The translations under genes were made by a program, and so were the position numbers. 64,000 nt of DNA from Eledone cirrhosa (lineage: Eukaryota): assembly GCA_964016885.1 (NCBI GenBank), contig OZ024740.1, forward strand, positions 13,392,001-13,456,000, given 5' to 3'. The notes beneath the pieces are model-generated. The model did not search any database, was not told where the DNA came from, and was given only the letters and a program-made list of their open reading frames with translations. Positions 35,001 to 50,000 of this stretch are shown here, in pieces; within the stretch, counting starts at the first letter, position 1, and each line of letters begins with the position of its first letter.

Positions 35001-38000
35001 GACTGCTGTTCTGGTAGTCAGAATAGTGTTCTGGTAGTCAGAATGGTGTTCTGGTAGTCAGACTGGTGTTCTGGTAGTCAGACTGGTGTTCTGGTAGTCA
35101 GACTGGTGTTCTGGTAGTCAGACTGGTTTTCTGGTAGTCAAAATGGTGTTCTGGTAGTCAGAATGATTCTGGTAGTCAGACTGATGTTCTGGTAGTCAGA
35201 ATGGTGTTCTGGTAGTCAAAATGGTGTTCTGGTAGTCAGAATAGTTCTGGTAGTCAGACTGATGTTCTGGTAGTCAGAATGGTGTTCTGGTAGTCAGACT
35301 GGTGTTCTGGTAGTCAGACTGGTGTTTTGGTAGTCAGAATGGTGTTCTGGTAATCAGAATGGTGTTCTGGTAGTCAGACTTATGTTCTGGTAGTCAGAAT
35401 TGTGTTCTGGTAGTCAGAATGGTGTTCTAATAGTCAGAATGGTGTTCTGGTAGTCAGAATGGTGTTCTGGTAGTCAGAATGGTGTTCTGGTATTCAGAAT
35501 GGTGTTCTGGTAGTCAAAATGGTGTTCTGGTAGTCAAAATGGTGTTCTGGTCGTCAGAATGGTGTTCTGGTAGTCAGAATGGTGTTTTGGTAGTCAGAAT
35601 GGTGTTCTGGTAGTCAAAATGGTGTTCTGGTAGTCAAAATGGTGTTCTGGTAGTCAGACTGGTGTTCTGGTAGTCAGACTGGTGTTCTAGTAGTCATAAT
35701 GGTGTTCTGGTAGTCAGAATGGTGTTCTGGTAGTCAAAATGGTGTTCTGGTAGTCAGAATTGTGTTCTGATAGTCAAAATGGTGTTCTGGTAGTCAAAAT
35801 GGTGTTCTGGTAGTCAGAATGGTGTTCTGGTAGTCAGAATGGTGTTCTGGTAGTCAGAATGGTGTTCTGGTAGTCAGAATGGTGTTCTGGTAGTCAGAAT
35901 GGTGTTCTGGTCGTCAAAATGGTGTTCTGGTAGTCACGATGGTGTTCTGGTAGTCAGACTGGTTTTCTGGTAGTCAAAATGGTGTTCTGGTAGTCAGAAT
36001 GATTCTGGTAGTCAGATTGATGTTCTGGTAGTCAGAATGGTGTTCTGGTAGTCGAAATGGTGTTCTGGTAGTCAGAATAGTTCTGGTAGTCAGACTGATG
36101 TTCTGGTAGTCAGAATGGTGTTCTGGTAGTCAGACTGGTGTTCTGGTAGTCAGACTGGTGTTTTGGTAGTCAGAATGGTGTTCTGGTAGTCAAAATGGTG
36201 TTCTGGCAGTCAGAATGGTGTTCTGGTAGTCAGAATGGTGTTCTGGTAGTCAGACTTATGTTCTGGTAGTCAAAATGGTGTTCTGGTAGTCAAAATGGTG
36301 TTCTGGTAGTCAGACTGATGTTCTGGTAGTCAGAATGGTGTTCTGGTAGTCAGCATGGTGTTCTGGTAGTCAAAATGGTGTTCTGGTAGTGAGAATGGTG
36401 TTCTGGTAGTCAGAATGGTGTTCTGGTAGTCAGAATGGTGTTCTGGTAGTCAAGATGGTGTTCTGGTAGTCAGAATGGTGTTCTGGTAGTCAGAATGGTG
36501 TTCTGGTAGTCAAAATGGTGTTCTGTTAGTCAAAATGGTGTTCTGGTAGTCAGAAAGGTGTTCTGGTAGTCAGAATGGTGTTCTGGTAGTCAGAATGGTG
36601 TTCTGCAGTCAGAATGGTGTTCTGGTAGTCAGAATGGTGTTTTGGTAGTCAGACTGATGTTCTGGTAGTCAGAATGGTGTTCTGGTAGTCAGAATGGTGT
36701 TCTGGTAGTCAGAATGATGTTCTGGTAGTCAAAATGGTGTTCTGGTAGTCAGCCTAATGTTCTGGTAGATAGACTGGTGTTCTGGTAGTCAGAATGGTGT
36801 TCTGGTAGTCAGCCTGATGTTCTGGTAGACAGACTGGTGTTCTGGTAGTCAGACTGGTGTTCTGGTAGTCAGCCTGATGTTCTGGTAGACAGACTGGTGT
36901 TCTGGTAGTCAGCCTGATGTTCAGGTAGTCAGAATGGTGTTCTGGTAGTCAGCCTGATGTTCTGGTAGTCAGAATGGTGTTCTGGTAGTCAGCCTGATGT
37001 TCTGGTAGACAAACTGGTGTTCTGGTAGTCAGAATGGTGTTCTGTTAGTCAGCCTGATGTTCTGGTAGACAGACTGGTGTTCCGGTAGTCAGACTGGTGT
37101 TCTGGTAGTCAGCCTGATGTTCTGGTAGAAAGTCTGGTGTTCTGGTAGTCAGCCTGATGTTCTGGTAGTCATATTGGTGTTCTGGTAGTCAGCCTGATCT
37201 TCTGGTAGTCAGAATGGTATTCTGGTAGTCAGACTGGTGTTCTGATAGTCAGAATGGTGTTCTGGTAGTCAGCCTGATGTTCTGGTAGTCAGACTGGTGT
37301 TCTGGTAGTCAGAATGGTATTCTGGTAGTCAGACTGGTGTTCTGGTAGTCAGACTGGTGTTCTGGTAGTCAGAATTGTGTTCTGGTAGTCAGCCTGATGT
37401 TCTGGTAGTCAGACTGGTGTTCTGGTAGTCAGAATGGTATTCTGCTAGTCAGACTGGTGTTCTGGTAGTCAGACTGGTGTTCTGGTAGTCAGAATTGTGT
37501 TCTGGTAGTCAGACTGGTGTTCTGGTAGTCAGACTGCTGTTCTGGTAGTCAGAATAGTGTTCTGGTAGTCAGAATGGTGTTCTGGTAGTCAGACTGGTGT
37601 TCTGGTAGTCAGACTGGTGTTCTGGTAGTCAGAATTGTGTTCTGGTAGTCAGACTGGTGTTCTGGTAGTCAGACTGCTGTTCTGGTAGTCAGAATAGTGT
37701 TCTGGTAGTCAGAATGGTGTTTTGGTAGTCAGAATGTTGTTCTGGTAGTCAGACTGGTGTTCTGTTAGTCAGAATGGTGTTCTGGTAGTCAGCCTGATGT
37801 TCTGGTAGTCAAAATGGTATTCTGGTAGTCAGACTGGTGTTCTGGTAGTCAGACTGGTGTTCTGGTAGTCAGACTAGTGTTCTGGTAGTCAGACTGGTGT
37901 TCTGGTAGTCAGAATGGAGTTCTGGTAGTTAGACTGATGTTCTGATAGTCAGAATTGTGCTCTGGTAGTCAGAATGGTGTTCTAGTAGTCAGAATGGTGT

Positions 38001-41000
38001 TCTGCTAGTCAGAATGGTGTTCTGGTAGTCAGAATGGTGTTCTGGTAGTCAGAATCGTGTTCTGGTAGTCAGAATCGTGTTCTGGTAGTCAGAATGGTGT
38101 TCTGGTAGTCAGAATGGTGTTCTGGTAGTCAGACTGGTGTTTTGGTAGTCAGAATGGTGTTCTGGTAGTCAGAATGGTGTTCTGGTAGTCAGAATGGTGT
38201 TCTGGTAGTCAGACTGATGTTCTGGTAGTCAGAATGGTGTTCTGGTAGTCAGACTGGAGTTTTGGTATTCAGACTGGTGTTCTGGTAGACAGACTGGTGT
38301 TCTGGTAGTCAGACTGGTATTCTGGTAGTCAGACTGGTCTTCTGGTAGTCAGACTTCTTCTGATAGTCAGACTGGTGTTCTGGTAGTCAGAATGGTGTTC
38401 TGTTAGTCAGGATGGTGTTCTGGTAGTCAAAATGGTGTTTTGGTACTCAGAATGGTGTTCTGGTAGTCAGAATGGTGTTCTGGTAGTCAGAATGGTGTTC
38501 TGGTAGTCAGAATGGTGTTCTGGTAGACAGGATGGTGTTCTGGTAGTCAGAATGGTGTTCTGGTATACAAAATGGTGTTCTGGTAGTCAGAATGGTGTTC
38601 TGGTAGTCAGAATGGTGTTCTGGTAGTCAGAATGGTGTTCTGGTAGTCAAAATGGTGTTCTGGTAGTCACGATGGTGTTCTGGTAGTCAGACTGGTTTTC
38701 TGGTAGTCAAAATGGTGTTCTGGTACTCAGAATGATTCTGGTAGTCAGACTGATGTTCTGGTAGTCAGAATGGTGTTCTGGTAGTCAAAATGGTGTTCTG
38801 GTAGTCAGAATAGTTCTGGTAGTCAGACTGATGTTCTGGTAGTCAGAATGGTGTTCTGGTAGTCAGACTGGTGTTCTGGTAGTCAGACTGGTGTTTTGGT
38901 AGTCAGAATGGTGTTCTGGTAATCAGAATGGTGTTCTGGTAGTCAGACTTATGTTCTGGTAGTCAGAATTGTGTTCTGGTAGTCAGAATGGTGTTCTAAT
39001 AGTCAGAATGGTGTTCTGGTAGTCAGAATGGTGTTCTGGTAGTCAGAATGGTGTTCTGGTATTCAGAATGGTGTTCTGGTAGTCAAAATGGTGTTCTGGT
39101 AGTCAAAATGGTGTTCTGGTCGTCAGAATGGTGTTCTGGTAGTCAGAATGGTGTTTTGGTAGTCAGAATGGTGTTCTGGTAGTCAAAATGGTGTTCTGGT
39201 AGTCAAAATGGTGTTCTGGTAGTCAGACTGGTGTTCTGGTAGTCAGACTGGTGTTCTAGTAGTCATAATGGTGTTCTGGTAGTCAGAATGGTGTTCTGGT
39301 AGTCAGAATGGTGTCCTGGTAGTCAGAATGGTGTTCTGGTAGTCAAAATGGTGTTCTGGTAGTCAAAATGGTGTTCTGGTAGTCAGAATGGTATTCTGGT
39401 AGTCAGAATGGTGTTCTGATAGTCAGACTGATGTTCTGGTAGTCAGAATGGTGTTCTGGTAGTCAGCATGGTGTTCTGGTAGTCAGAATAGTGTTCTAGT
39501 AGTCAGAGTGGTGTTCTGGTAGTCAAAATGGTGTTCTGGTAGTCAGAATTGTGTTCTGATAGTCAAAATGGTGTTCTGGTAGTCAGAATGGTGTTCTGGT
39601 AGTCAGCATGGTGTTCTGGTAGTCAAAATGGTGTTCTGGTAGTGAGAATGGTGTTCTGGTAGTCAGAATGGTGTTCTGGTAGTCAGAATGGTGTTCTGGT
39701 AGTCAAGATGGTGTTCTGGTAGTCAGAATGGTGTTCTGGTAGTCAGAATGGTGTTCTGGTAGTCAAAATGGTGTTCTGTTAGTCAAAATGGTGTTCTGGT
39801 AGTCAGAAAGGTGTTCTGGTAGTCAGAATGGTGTTCTGGTAGTCAGAATGGTGTTCTGCAGTCAGAATGGTGTTCTGGTAGTCAGAATGGTGTTTTGGTA
39901 GTCAGACTGATGTTCTGGTAGTCAGAATGGTGTTCTGGTAGTCAGAATGGTGTTCTGGTAGTCAGAATGATGTTCTGGTAGTCAAAATGGTGTTCTGGTA
40001 GTCAGCCTGATGTTCTGGTAGATAGACTGGTGTTCTGGTAGTCAGAATGGTGTTCTGGTAGTCAGCCTGATGTTCTGGTAGACAGACTGGTGTTCTGGTA
40101 GTCAGACTGGTGTTCTGGTAGTCAGCCTGATGTTCTGGTAGACAGACTGGTGTTCTGGTAGTCAGCCTGATGTTCAGGTAGTCAGAATGGTGTTCTGGTA
40201 GTCAGCCTGATGTTCTGGTAGTCAGAATGGTGTTCTGGTAGTCAGCCTGATGTTCTGGTAGACAAACTGGTGTTCTGGTAGTCAGAATGGTGTTCTGTTA
40301 GTCAGCCTGATGTTCTGGTAGACAGACTGGTGTTCCGGTAGTCAGACTGGTGTTCTGGTAGTCAGCCTGATGTTCTGGTAGAAAGTCTGGTGTTCTGGCA
40401 GTCAGCCTGATGTTCTGGTAGTCATATTGGTGTTCTGGTAGTCAGCCTGATGTTCTGGTAGTCAGAATGGTATTCTGGTAGTCAGACTGGTCTTCTGATA
40501 GTCAGAATGGTGTTCTGGTAGTCAGCCTGATGTTCTGGTAGTCAGACTGGTGTTCTGGTAGTCAGAATGGTATTCTGGTAGTCAGACTGGTGTTCTGGTA
40601 GTCAGACTGGTGTTCTGGTAGTCAGAATTGTGTTCTGGTAGTCAGCCTGATGTTCTGGTAGTCAGACTGGTGTTCTGGTAGTCAGAATGGTATTCTGGTA
40701 GTCAGACTGGTGTTCTGGTAGTCAGACTGGTGTTCTAGTAGTCAGAATTGTGTTCTGGTAGTCAGACTGGTGTTCTGGTAGTCAGACTGCTGTTCTGGTA
40801 GTCAGAATAGTGTTCTGGTAGTCAGAATGGTGTTCTGGTAGTCAGACTGGTGTTCTGGTAGTCAGACTGGTGTTCTGGTAGTCAGAATTGTGTTCTGGTA
40901 GTCAGACTGGTGTTCTGGTAGTCAGACTGCTGTTCTGGTAGTCAGAATAGTGTTCTGGTAGTCAGAATGGTGTTTTGGTAGTCAGAATGTTGTTCTGGTA

Positions 41001-44000
41001 GTCAGACTGGTGTTCTGTTAGTCAGAATGGTGTTCTGGTAGTCAGCCTGATGTTCTGGTAGTCAAAATGGTATTCTGGTAGTCAGACTGGTGTTCTGGTA
41101 GTCAGACTGGTGTTCTGGTAGTCAGACTGGTTTTCTGGTAGTCAAAATGGTGTTCTGGTAGTCAGAATGATTCTGGTAGTCAGACTGATGTTCTGGTAGT
41201 CAGAATGGTGTTCTGGTAGTCAAAATGGTGTTCTGGTAGTCAGAATAGTTCTGGTAGTCAGACTGATGTTCTGGTAGTCAGAATGGTGTTCTGGTAGTCA
41301 GACTGGTGTTCTGGTAGTCAGACTGGTGTTTTGGTAGTCAGAATGGTGTTCTGGTAATCAGAATGGTGTTCTGGTAGTCAGACTTATGTTCTGGTAGTCA
41401 GAATTGTGTTCTGGTAGTCAGAATGGTGTTCTAATAGTCAGAATGGTGTTCTGGTAGTCAGAATGGTGTTCTGGTAGTCAGAATGGTGTTCTGGTATTCA
41501 GAATGGTGTTCTGGTAGTCAAAATGGTGTTCTGGTAGTCAAAATGGTGTTCTGGTCGTCAGAATGGTGTTCTGGTAGTCAGAATGGTGTTTTGGTAGTCA
41601 GAATGGTGTTCTGGTAGTCAAAATGGTGTTCTGGTAGTCAAAATGGTGTTCTGGTAGTCAGACTGGTGTTCTGGTAGTCAGACTGGTGTTCTAGTAGTCA
41701 TAATGGTGTTCTGGTAGTCAGAATGGTGTTCTGGTAGTCAAAATGGTGTTCTGGTAGTCAGAATTGTGTTCTGATAGTCAAAATGGTGTTCTGGTAGTCA
41801 AAATGGTGTTCTGGTAGTCAGAATGGTGTTCTGGTAGTCAGAATGGTGTTCTGGTAGTCAGAATGGTGTTCTGGTAGTCAGAATGGTGTTCTGGTAGTCA
41901 GAATGGTGTTCTGGTCGTCAAAATGGTGTTCTGGTAGTCACGATGGTGTTCTGGTAGTCAGACTGGTTTTCTGGTAGTCAAAATGGTGTTCTGGTAGTCA
42001 GAATGATTCTGGTAGTCAGATTGATGTTCTGGTAGTCAGAATGGTGTTCTGGTAGTCGAAATGGTGTTCTGGTAGTCAGAATAGTTCTGGTAGTCAGACT
42101 GATGTTCTGGTAGTCAGAATGGTGTTCTGGTAGTCAGACTGGTGTTCTGGTAGTCAGACTGGTGTTTTGGTAGTCAGAATGGTGTTCTGGTAGTCAAAAT
42201 GGTGTTCTGGCAGTCAGAATGGTGTTCTGGTAGTCAGAATGGTGTTCTGGTAGTCAGACTTATGTTCTGGTAGTCAAAATGGTGTTCTGGTAGTCAAAAT
42301 GGTGTTCTGGTAGTCAGACTGATGTTCTGGTAGTCAGAATGGTGTTCTGGTAGTCAGCATGGTGTTCTGGTAGTCAAAATGGTGTTCTGGTAGTGAGAAT
42401 GGTGTTCTGGTAGTCAGAATGGTGTTCTGGTAGTCAGAATGGTGTTCTGGTAGTCAAGATGGTGTTCTGGTAGTCAGAATGGTGTTCTGGTAGTCAGAAT
42501 GGTGTTCTGGTAGTCAAAATGGTGTTCTGTTAGTCAAAATGGTGTTCTGGTAGTCAGAAAGGTGTTCTGGTAGTCAGAATGGTGTTCTGGTAGTCAGAAT
42601 GGTGTTCTGCAGTCAGAATGGTGTTCTGGTAGTCAGAATGGTGTTTTGGTAGTCAGACTGATGTTCTGGTAGTCAGAATGGTGTTCTGGTAGTCAGAATG
42701 GTGTTCTGGTAGTCAGAATGATGTTCTGGTAGTCAAAATGGTGTTCTGGTAGTCAGCCTAATGTTCTGGTAGATAGACTGGTGTTCTGGTAGTCAGAATG
42801 GTGTTCTGGTAGTCAGCCTGATGTTCTGGTAGACAGACTGGTGTTCTGGTAGTCAGACTGGTGTTCTGGTAGTCAGCCTGATGTTCTGGTAGACAGACTG
42901 GTGTTCTGGTAGTCAGCCTGATGTTCAGGTAGTCAGAATGGTGTTCTGGTAGTCAGCCTGATGTTCTGGTAGTCAGAATGGTGTTCTGGTAGTCAGCCTG
43001 ATGTTCTGGTAGACAAACTGGTGTTCTGGTAGTCAGAATGGTGTTCTGTTAGTCAGCCTGATGTTCTGGTAGACAGACTGGTGTTCCGGTAGTCAGACTG
43101 GTGTTCTGGTAGTCAGCCTGATGTTCTGGTAGAAAGTCTGGTGTTCTGGTAGTCAGCCTGATGTTCTGGTAGTCATATTGGTGTTCTGGTAGTCAGCCTG
43201 ATCTTCTGGTAGTCAGAATGGTATTCTGGTAGTCAGACTGGTGTTCTGATAGTCAGAATGGTGTTCTGGTAGTCAGCCTGATGTTCTGGTAGTCAGACTG
43301 GTGTTCTGGTAGTCAGAATGGTATTCTGGTAGTCAGACTGGTGTTCTGGTAGTCAGACTGGTGTTCTGGTAGTCAGAATTGTGTTCTGGTAGTCAGCCTG
43401 ATGTTCTGGTAGTCAGACTGGTGTTCTGGTAGTCAGAATGGTATTCTGCTAGTCAGACTGGTGTTCTGGTAGTCAGACTGGTGTTCTGGTAGTCAGAATT
43501 GTGTTCTGGTAGTCAGACTGGTGTTCTGGTAGTCAGACTGCTGTTCTGGTAGTCAGAATAGTGTTCTGGTAGTCAGAATGGTGTTCTGGTAGTCAGACTG
43601 GTGTTCTGGTAGTCAGACTGGTGTTCTGGTAGTCAGAATTGTGTTCTGGTAGTCAGACTGGTGTTCTGGTAGTCAGACTGCTGTTCTGGTAGTCAGAATA
43701 GTGTTCTGGTAGTCAGAATGGTGTTTTGGTAGTCAGAATGTTGTTCTGGTAGTCAGACTGGTGTTCTGTTAGTCAGAATGGTGTTCTGGTAGTCAGCCTG
43801 ATGTTCTGGTAGTCAAAATGGTATTCTGGTAGTCAGACTGGTGTTCTGGTAGTCAGACTGGTGTTCTGGTAGTCAGACTAGTGTTCTGGTAGTCAGACTG
43901 GTGTTCTGGTAGTCAGAATGGAGTTCTGGTAGTTAGACTGATGTTCTGATAGTCAGAATTGTGCTCTGGTAGTCAGAATGGTGTTCTAGTAGTCAGAATG

Positions 44001-47000
44001 GTGTTCTGCTAGTCAGAATGGTGTTCTGGTAGTCAGAATGGTGTTCTGGTAGTCAGAATCGTGTTCTGGTAGTCAGAATCGTGTTCTGGTAGTCAGAATG
44101 GTGTTCTGGTAGTCAGAATGGTGTTCTGGTAGTCAGACTGGTGTTTTGGTAGTCAGAATGGTGTTCTGGTAGTCAGAATGGTGTTCTGGTAGTCAGAATG
44201 GTGTTCTGGTAGTCAGACTGATGTTCTGGTAGTCAGAATGGTGTTCTGGTAGTCAGACTGGAGTTTTGGTATTCAGACTGGTGTTCTGGTAGACAGACTG
44301 GTGTTCTGGTAGTCAGACTGGTATTCTGGTAGTCAGACTGGTCTTCTGGTAGTCAGACTTCTTCTGATAGTCAGACTGGTGTTCTGGTAGTCAGAATGGT
44401 GTTCTGTTAGTCAGGATGGTGTTCTGGTAGTCAAAATGGTGTTTTGGTACTCAGAATGGTGTTCTGGTAGTCAGAATGGTGTTCTGGTAGTCAGAATGGT
44501 GTTCTGGTAGTCAGAATGGTGTTCTGGTAGACAGGATGGTGTTCTGGTAGTCAGAATGGTGTTCTGGTATACAAAATGGTGTTCTGGTAGTCAAAATGGT
44601 GTTCTGGTAGTCAGAATGGTGTTCTGGTAGACAGACTGGTGTTCTGGTAGTCAGACTGGTATTCTGGTAGTCAGACTGGTCTTCTGGTAGTCAGACTTCT
44701 TCTGATAGTCAGACTGGTGTTCTGGTAGTCAGAATGGTTCTGTTAGTCAGAATGGTGTTCTGGTAGTCGGACTGGTGTTCTGGTAGTCAGAATGGTGTTC
44801 TGGTAGTCAGACTGGAGTTTTGGTATTCAGACTGGTGTTCTGGTAGTCAGATTGGTGTTCTGGTAGTCAGAATGGTTCTGGTAGACAGAATGGTGTTCTG
44901 GTAGTGAGAATGGTTCTGGTAGTCAGAATGGTTCTGGTAGTCAGAATGGTGTTCTGGTAGTCAGCCTGATGTTCTGGTCGACAGACTGGTGTTCTGGTAG
45001 TCAGCCTGATGTTCTGGTAGTCATATTGGTGTTCTGGTAGTCAGCCTGATGTTCTGGTAGTCAGAATGGTATTCTGGTAGTCAGACTGGTGTTCTGATAG
45101 TCAGAATGGTGTTCTCGTAGTCAGAATGGTGTTCTGGTAGTCAGACTGGTGTTCTGGTAGTCAGAATGGTGTTCTGATAGTCAGCCTGATGTTCTGGTAG
45201 TCAAACTGGTGTTCTGGTAGTCAGAATGGTATTCTGGTAGTCAGACTGATGTTCTCGTAGTCAGACTGGTGTTCTGGTAGTCAGAATTGTGTTCTGGTAG
45301 TCAGACTGGTGTTCTGGTAGTCAGACTGCTGTTCTGGTAGTCAGAATAGTGTTCTGGTAGTCAGAATGGTGTTCTGGTAGTTAGACTGGTGTTCTGGTAG
45401 TCGGACTGGTGTTCTGGTAGTCAGAATTGTGTTCTGGTAGTCAGACTGGTGTTCTGGTAGTCAGACTGCTGTTCTGGTAGTCAGAATAGTGTTCTGGTAG
45501 TCAGAATGGTGTTCTGGTAGTCAGAATGTTGTTCTGGTAGTCACACTGGTGTTCTGTTTGTCAGAATGGTGTTCTGGTAGTCAGCCTGATGTTCTGGTAG
45601 TCAGAATGGTATTCTGGTAGTCAGACTGGTGTTCTGGTAGTCAGACTGGTGTTCTGGTAGTCAGACTGATGTTCTGGTTGTCAGAATTGTGCTCTGGTAG
45701 TCAGAATGGTGTTCTAGTAGTCAGAATGGTGTTCTGCTAGTCAGAATAGTGTTCTGGTTGTCAGAATGGTGTTCTGGTAGTCAGAATGGTGTTCTGGTAG
45801 TCAGAATGTTGTTCTGGTAGTCAGAATGGTGTTCTGGTAGTCAGAATGGTGTTCTGGTAGTCAGAATGGTGTTCTGGTAGTCAGAATGGTGTTTTAGTAG
45901 TCAGAATGGTGTTCTGGTAGTCAGACTGATGTTCTGGTAGTCAGAATTGTGTTCTGGTAGTCAGAATGGTGTTCTAATAGTCAGAATGGTGTTCTGGTAG
46001 TCAGAATGGTGTTCTGGTAGTCAGAATGTTGTTCTGGTAGTCAGAATCGTGTTCTGGTAGTCAGAATGGTGTTCTGGTAGTCAGAATGGTGTTCTGGTAG
46101 TCAGAATGGTGTTCTGGTAGTCAGACTTATGTTTTGGTAGTCAGAATTGTGTTCTGGTAGTCAGAATGGTGTTCTAATAGTCAGAATGGTGTTCTGGTAG
46201 TCAGAATGGTACTCTGGTAGTCAGAATGGTGTTCTGGTATTCAGAATGGTGTTCTGGTAGTCAGAATGGTGTTCTGGTAGTCAAAATGGTGTTCTGGTAG
46301 TCAGAATGGTGTTCTGGTAGTCAGAATGGTGTTCTGGTAGTCAGAATGGTGTTCTGGTAGTCAAAATGGTGTTCTGGTAGTCAGAATGGTGTTCTGGCAG
46401 TCAAAATGGTGTTCTGGTAGTCAAAGTGGTGTTCTGGTAGTCAGAATGGTGTTCTGGTAGTCAGAATGGTGTTCTGGTAGTCAGAATGGTGTTCTGGCAG
46501 TCAAAATGGTGTTCTGGTAGTCAAAGTGGTGTTCTGGTAGTCAGAATGGTGTTCTGGTAGTCAGAATGGTGTTCTGGTAGTCAGAATGGTGTTCTGGTAG
46601 TCAGAATGGTGTTCTGGCAGTCAAAATGGTGTTCTGGTAGTCAAAGTGGTGTTCTGGTAGTCAGAATGGTGTTCTGGTAGTCAGAATGGTGTTCTGGTAG
46701 TCAGCCTGATGTTCTGGTAGTCAGACTGGTGTTCTGGTAGTCAGAATGGTATTCTGGTAGTCAGACTGGTGTTCTGGTAGTCAGACTGGTGTTCTGGTAG
46801 TCAGAATTGTGTTCTGGTAGTCAGCCTGATGTTCTGGTAGTCAGACTGGTGTTCTGGTAGTCAGAATGGTATTCTGCTAGTCAGACTGGTGTTCTGGTAG
46901 TCAGACTGGTGTTCTGGTAGTCAGAATTGTGTTCTGGTAGTCAGACTGGTGTTCTGTTAGTCAGACTGCTGTTCTGGTAGTCAGAATAGTGTTCTGGTAG

Positions 47001-50000
47001 TCAGAATGGTGTTCTGGTAGTCAGACTGGTGTTCTGGTAGTCAGACTGGTGTTCTGGTAGTCAGAATTGTGTTCTGGTAGTCAGACTGGTGTTCTGGTAG
47101 TCAGACTGCTGTTCTGGTAGTCAGAATAGTGTTCTGGTAGTCAGAATGGTGTTTTGGTAGTCAGAATGTTGTTCTGGTAGTCAGACTGGTGTTCTGTTAG
47201 TCAGAATGGTGTTCTGGTAGTCAGCCTGATGTTCTGGTAGTCAAAATGGTATTCTGGTAGTCAGACTGGTGTTCTGGTAGTCAGACTGGTGTTCTGGTAG
47301 TCAGACTAGTGTTCTGGTAGTCAGACTGGTGTTCTGGTAGTCAGAATGGAGTTCTGGTAGTTAGACTGATGTTCTGATAGTCAGAATTGTGCTCTGGTAG
47401 TCAGAATGGTGTTCTAGTAGTCAGAATGGTGTTCCGCTAGTCAGAATGGTGTTCTGGTAGTCAGAATCGTGTTCTGGTAGTCAGAATCGTGTTCTGGTAG
47501 TCAGAATGGTGTTCTGGTAGTCAGAATGGTGTTCTGGTAGTCAGACTGGTGTTTTGGTAGTCAGAATGGTGTTCTGGTAGTCAGAATGGTGTTCTGGTAG
47601 TCAGAATGGTGTTCTGGTAGACAGACTGGTGTTCTGGTAGTCAGACTGGTATTCTGGTAGTCAGACTGGTCTTCTGGTAGTCAGACTTCTTCTGATAGTC
47701 AGACTGATGTTCTGGTAGTCAGAATGGTGTTCTGGTAGTCAGACTGGAGTTTTGGTATTCAGACTGGTGTTCTGGTAGACAGACTGGTGTTCTGGTAGTC
47801 AGACTGGTATTCTGGTAGTCAGACTGGTCTTCTGGTAGTCAGACTTCTTCTGATAGTCAGACTGGTGTTCTGGTAGTCAGAATGGTGTTCTGTTAGTCAG
47901 GATGGTGTTCTGGTAGTCAAAATGGTGTTTTGGTACTCAGAATGGTGTTCTGGTAGTCAGAATAGTGTTCTGGTAGTCAGAATGGTGTTCTGGTAGTCAG
48001 AATGTTGTTCTGGTAGTCACACTGGTGTTCTGTTTGTCAGAATGGTGTTCTGGTAGTCAGACTGGTGTTCTGGTAGTCAGACTGGTGTTCTGGTAGTCAG
48101 ACTGATGTTCTGGTTGTCAGAATTGTGCTCTGGTAGTCAGAATGGTGTTCTAGTAGTCAGAATGGTGTTCTGCTAGTCAGAATAGTGTTCTGGTTGTCAG
48201 AATGGTGTTCTGGTAGTCAGAATGGTGTTCTGGTAGTCAGAATGTTGTTCTGGTAGTCAGAATGGTGTTCTGGTAGTCAGAATGGTGTTCTGGTAGTCAG
48301 AATGGTGTTCTGGTAGTCAGAATGGTGTTTTAGTAGTCAGAATGGTGTTCTGGTAGTCAGACTGATGTTCTGGTAGTCAGAATTGTGTTCTGGTAGTCAG
48401 AATGGTGTTCTAATAGTCAGAATGGTGTTCTGGTAGTCAGAATGGTGTTCTGGTAGTCAGAATGTTGTTCTGGTAGTCAGAATCGTGTTCTGGTAGTCAG
48501 AATGGTGTTCTGGTAGTCAGAATGGTGTTCTGGTAGTCAGAATGGTGTTCTGGTAGTCAGACTTATGTTCTGGTAGTCAGAATTGTGTTCTGGTAGTCAG
48601 AATGGTGTTCTAATAGTCAGAATGGTGTTCTGGTAGTCAGAATGGTACTCTGGTAGTCAGAATGGTGTTCTGGTATTCAGAATGGTGTTCTGGTAGTCAG
48701 AATGGTGTTCTGGTAGTCAAAATGGTGTTCTGGTAGTCAGAATGGTGTTCTGGTAGTCAGAATGGTGTTCTGGTAGTCAGAATGGTGTTCTGGTAGTCAA
48801 AATGGTGTTCTGGTAGTCAGAATGGTGTTCTGGCAGTCAAAATGGTGTTCTGGTAGTCAAAGTGGTGTTCTGGTAGTCAGAATGGTGTTCTGGTAGTCAG
48901 AATGGTGTTCTGGTAGTCAGAATGGTGTTCTGGCAGTCAAAATGGTGTTCTGGTAGTCAAAGTGGTGTTCTGGTAGTCAGAATGGTGTTCTGGTAGTCAG
49001 AATGGTGTTCTGGTAGTCAGAATGGTGTTCTGGTAGTCATATTGGTGTTATGGTAGTCAGCCTGATGTTCTGGTAGTCAGACTGGTGTTCTGGTAGTCAT
49101 ATTGGTGTTCTGGTCGTCAGCCTGATGTTCTGGTAGACAGACTGGTGTTCTGGTAGTCAGACTGGTGTTCTGGTAGTCAGAATAGTGTTCTGGTAGTCAG
49201 CCTGATGTTCTGGTAGATAGACTGGTGTTCTGGTAGTCAGAATGGTGTTCTGGTAGACAGCCTGATGTTCTGGTAGACAGACTGGTGTTCTGGTAGTCAG
49301 ACTGGTGCTCTGGTAGTCAGCCTGATGTTCTGGTAGACAGACTGGTGTTCTGGTAGTCAGCCTGATGTTCAGGTAGTCAGAATGGTGTTCTGGTAGTCAG
49401 CCTGATGTTCTGGTAGTCAGAATGGTGTTCTGGTAGTCAGCCTGATGTTCTGGTAGACAAACTGGTGTTCTGGTAGTCAGAATGGTGTTCTGTTAGTCAG
49501 CCTGATGTTCTGGTAGTCAGCCTGATGTTCTGGTAGTCAGACTGGTGTTCTGGTAGTCAGAATGGTATTCTGGTAGTCAGACTGGTGTTCTGGTAGTCAG
49601 ACTGGTGTTCTGGTAGTCAGAATTGTGTTCTGGTAGTCAGCCTGATGTTCTGGTAGTCAGACTGGTGTTCTGGTAGTCAGAATGGTATTCTGGTAGTCAG
49701 ACTGGTGTTCTGGTAGTCAGACTGGTGTTCTGGTAGTCAGAATTGTGTTCTGGTAGTCAGACTGGTGTTCTGGTAGTCAGACTGCTGTTCTGGTAGTCAG
49801 AATAGTGTTCTGGTAGTCAGAATGGTGTTCTGGTAGTCAGACTGGTGTTCTGGTAGTCAGACTGGTGTTCTGGTAGTCAGAATTGTGTTCTGGTAGTCAG
49901 ACTGGTGTTTTGGTAGTCAGACTGCTGTTCTGGTAGTCAGAATAGTGTTCTGGTAGTCAGAATGGTGTTCTGGTAGTCAGAATGTTGTTCTGGTAGTCAG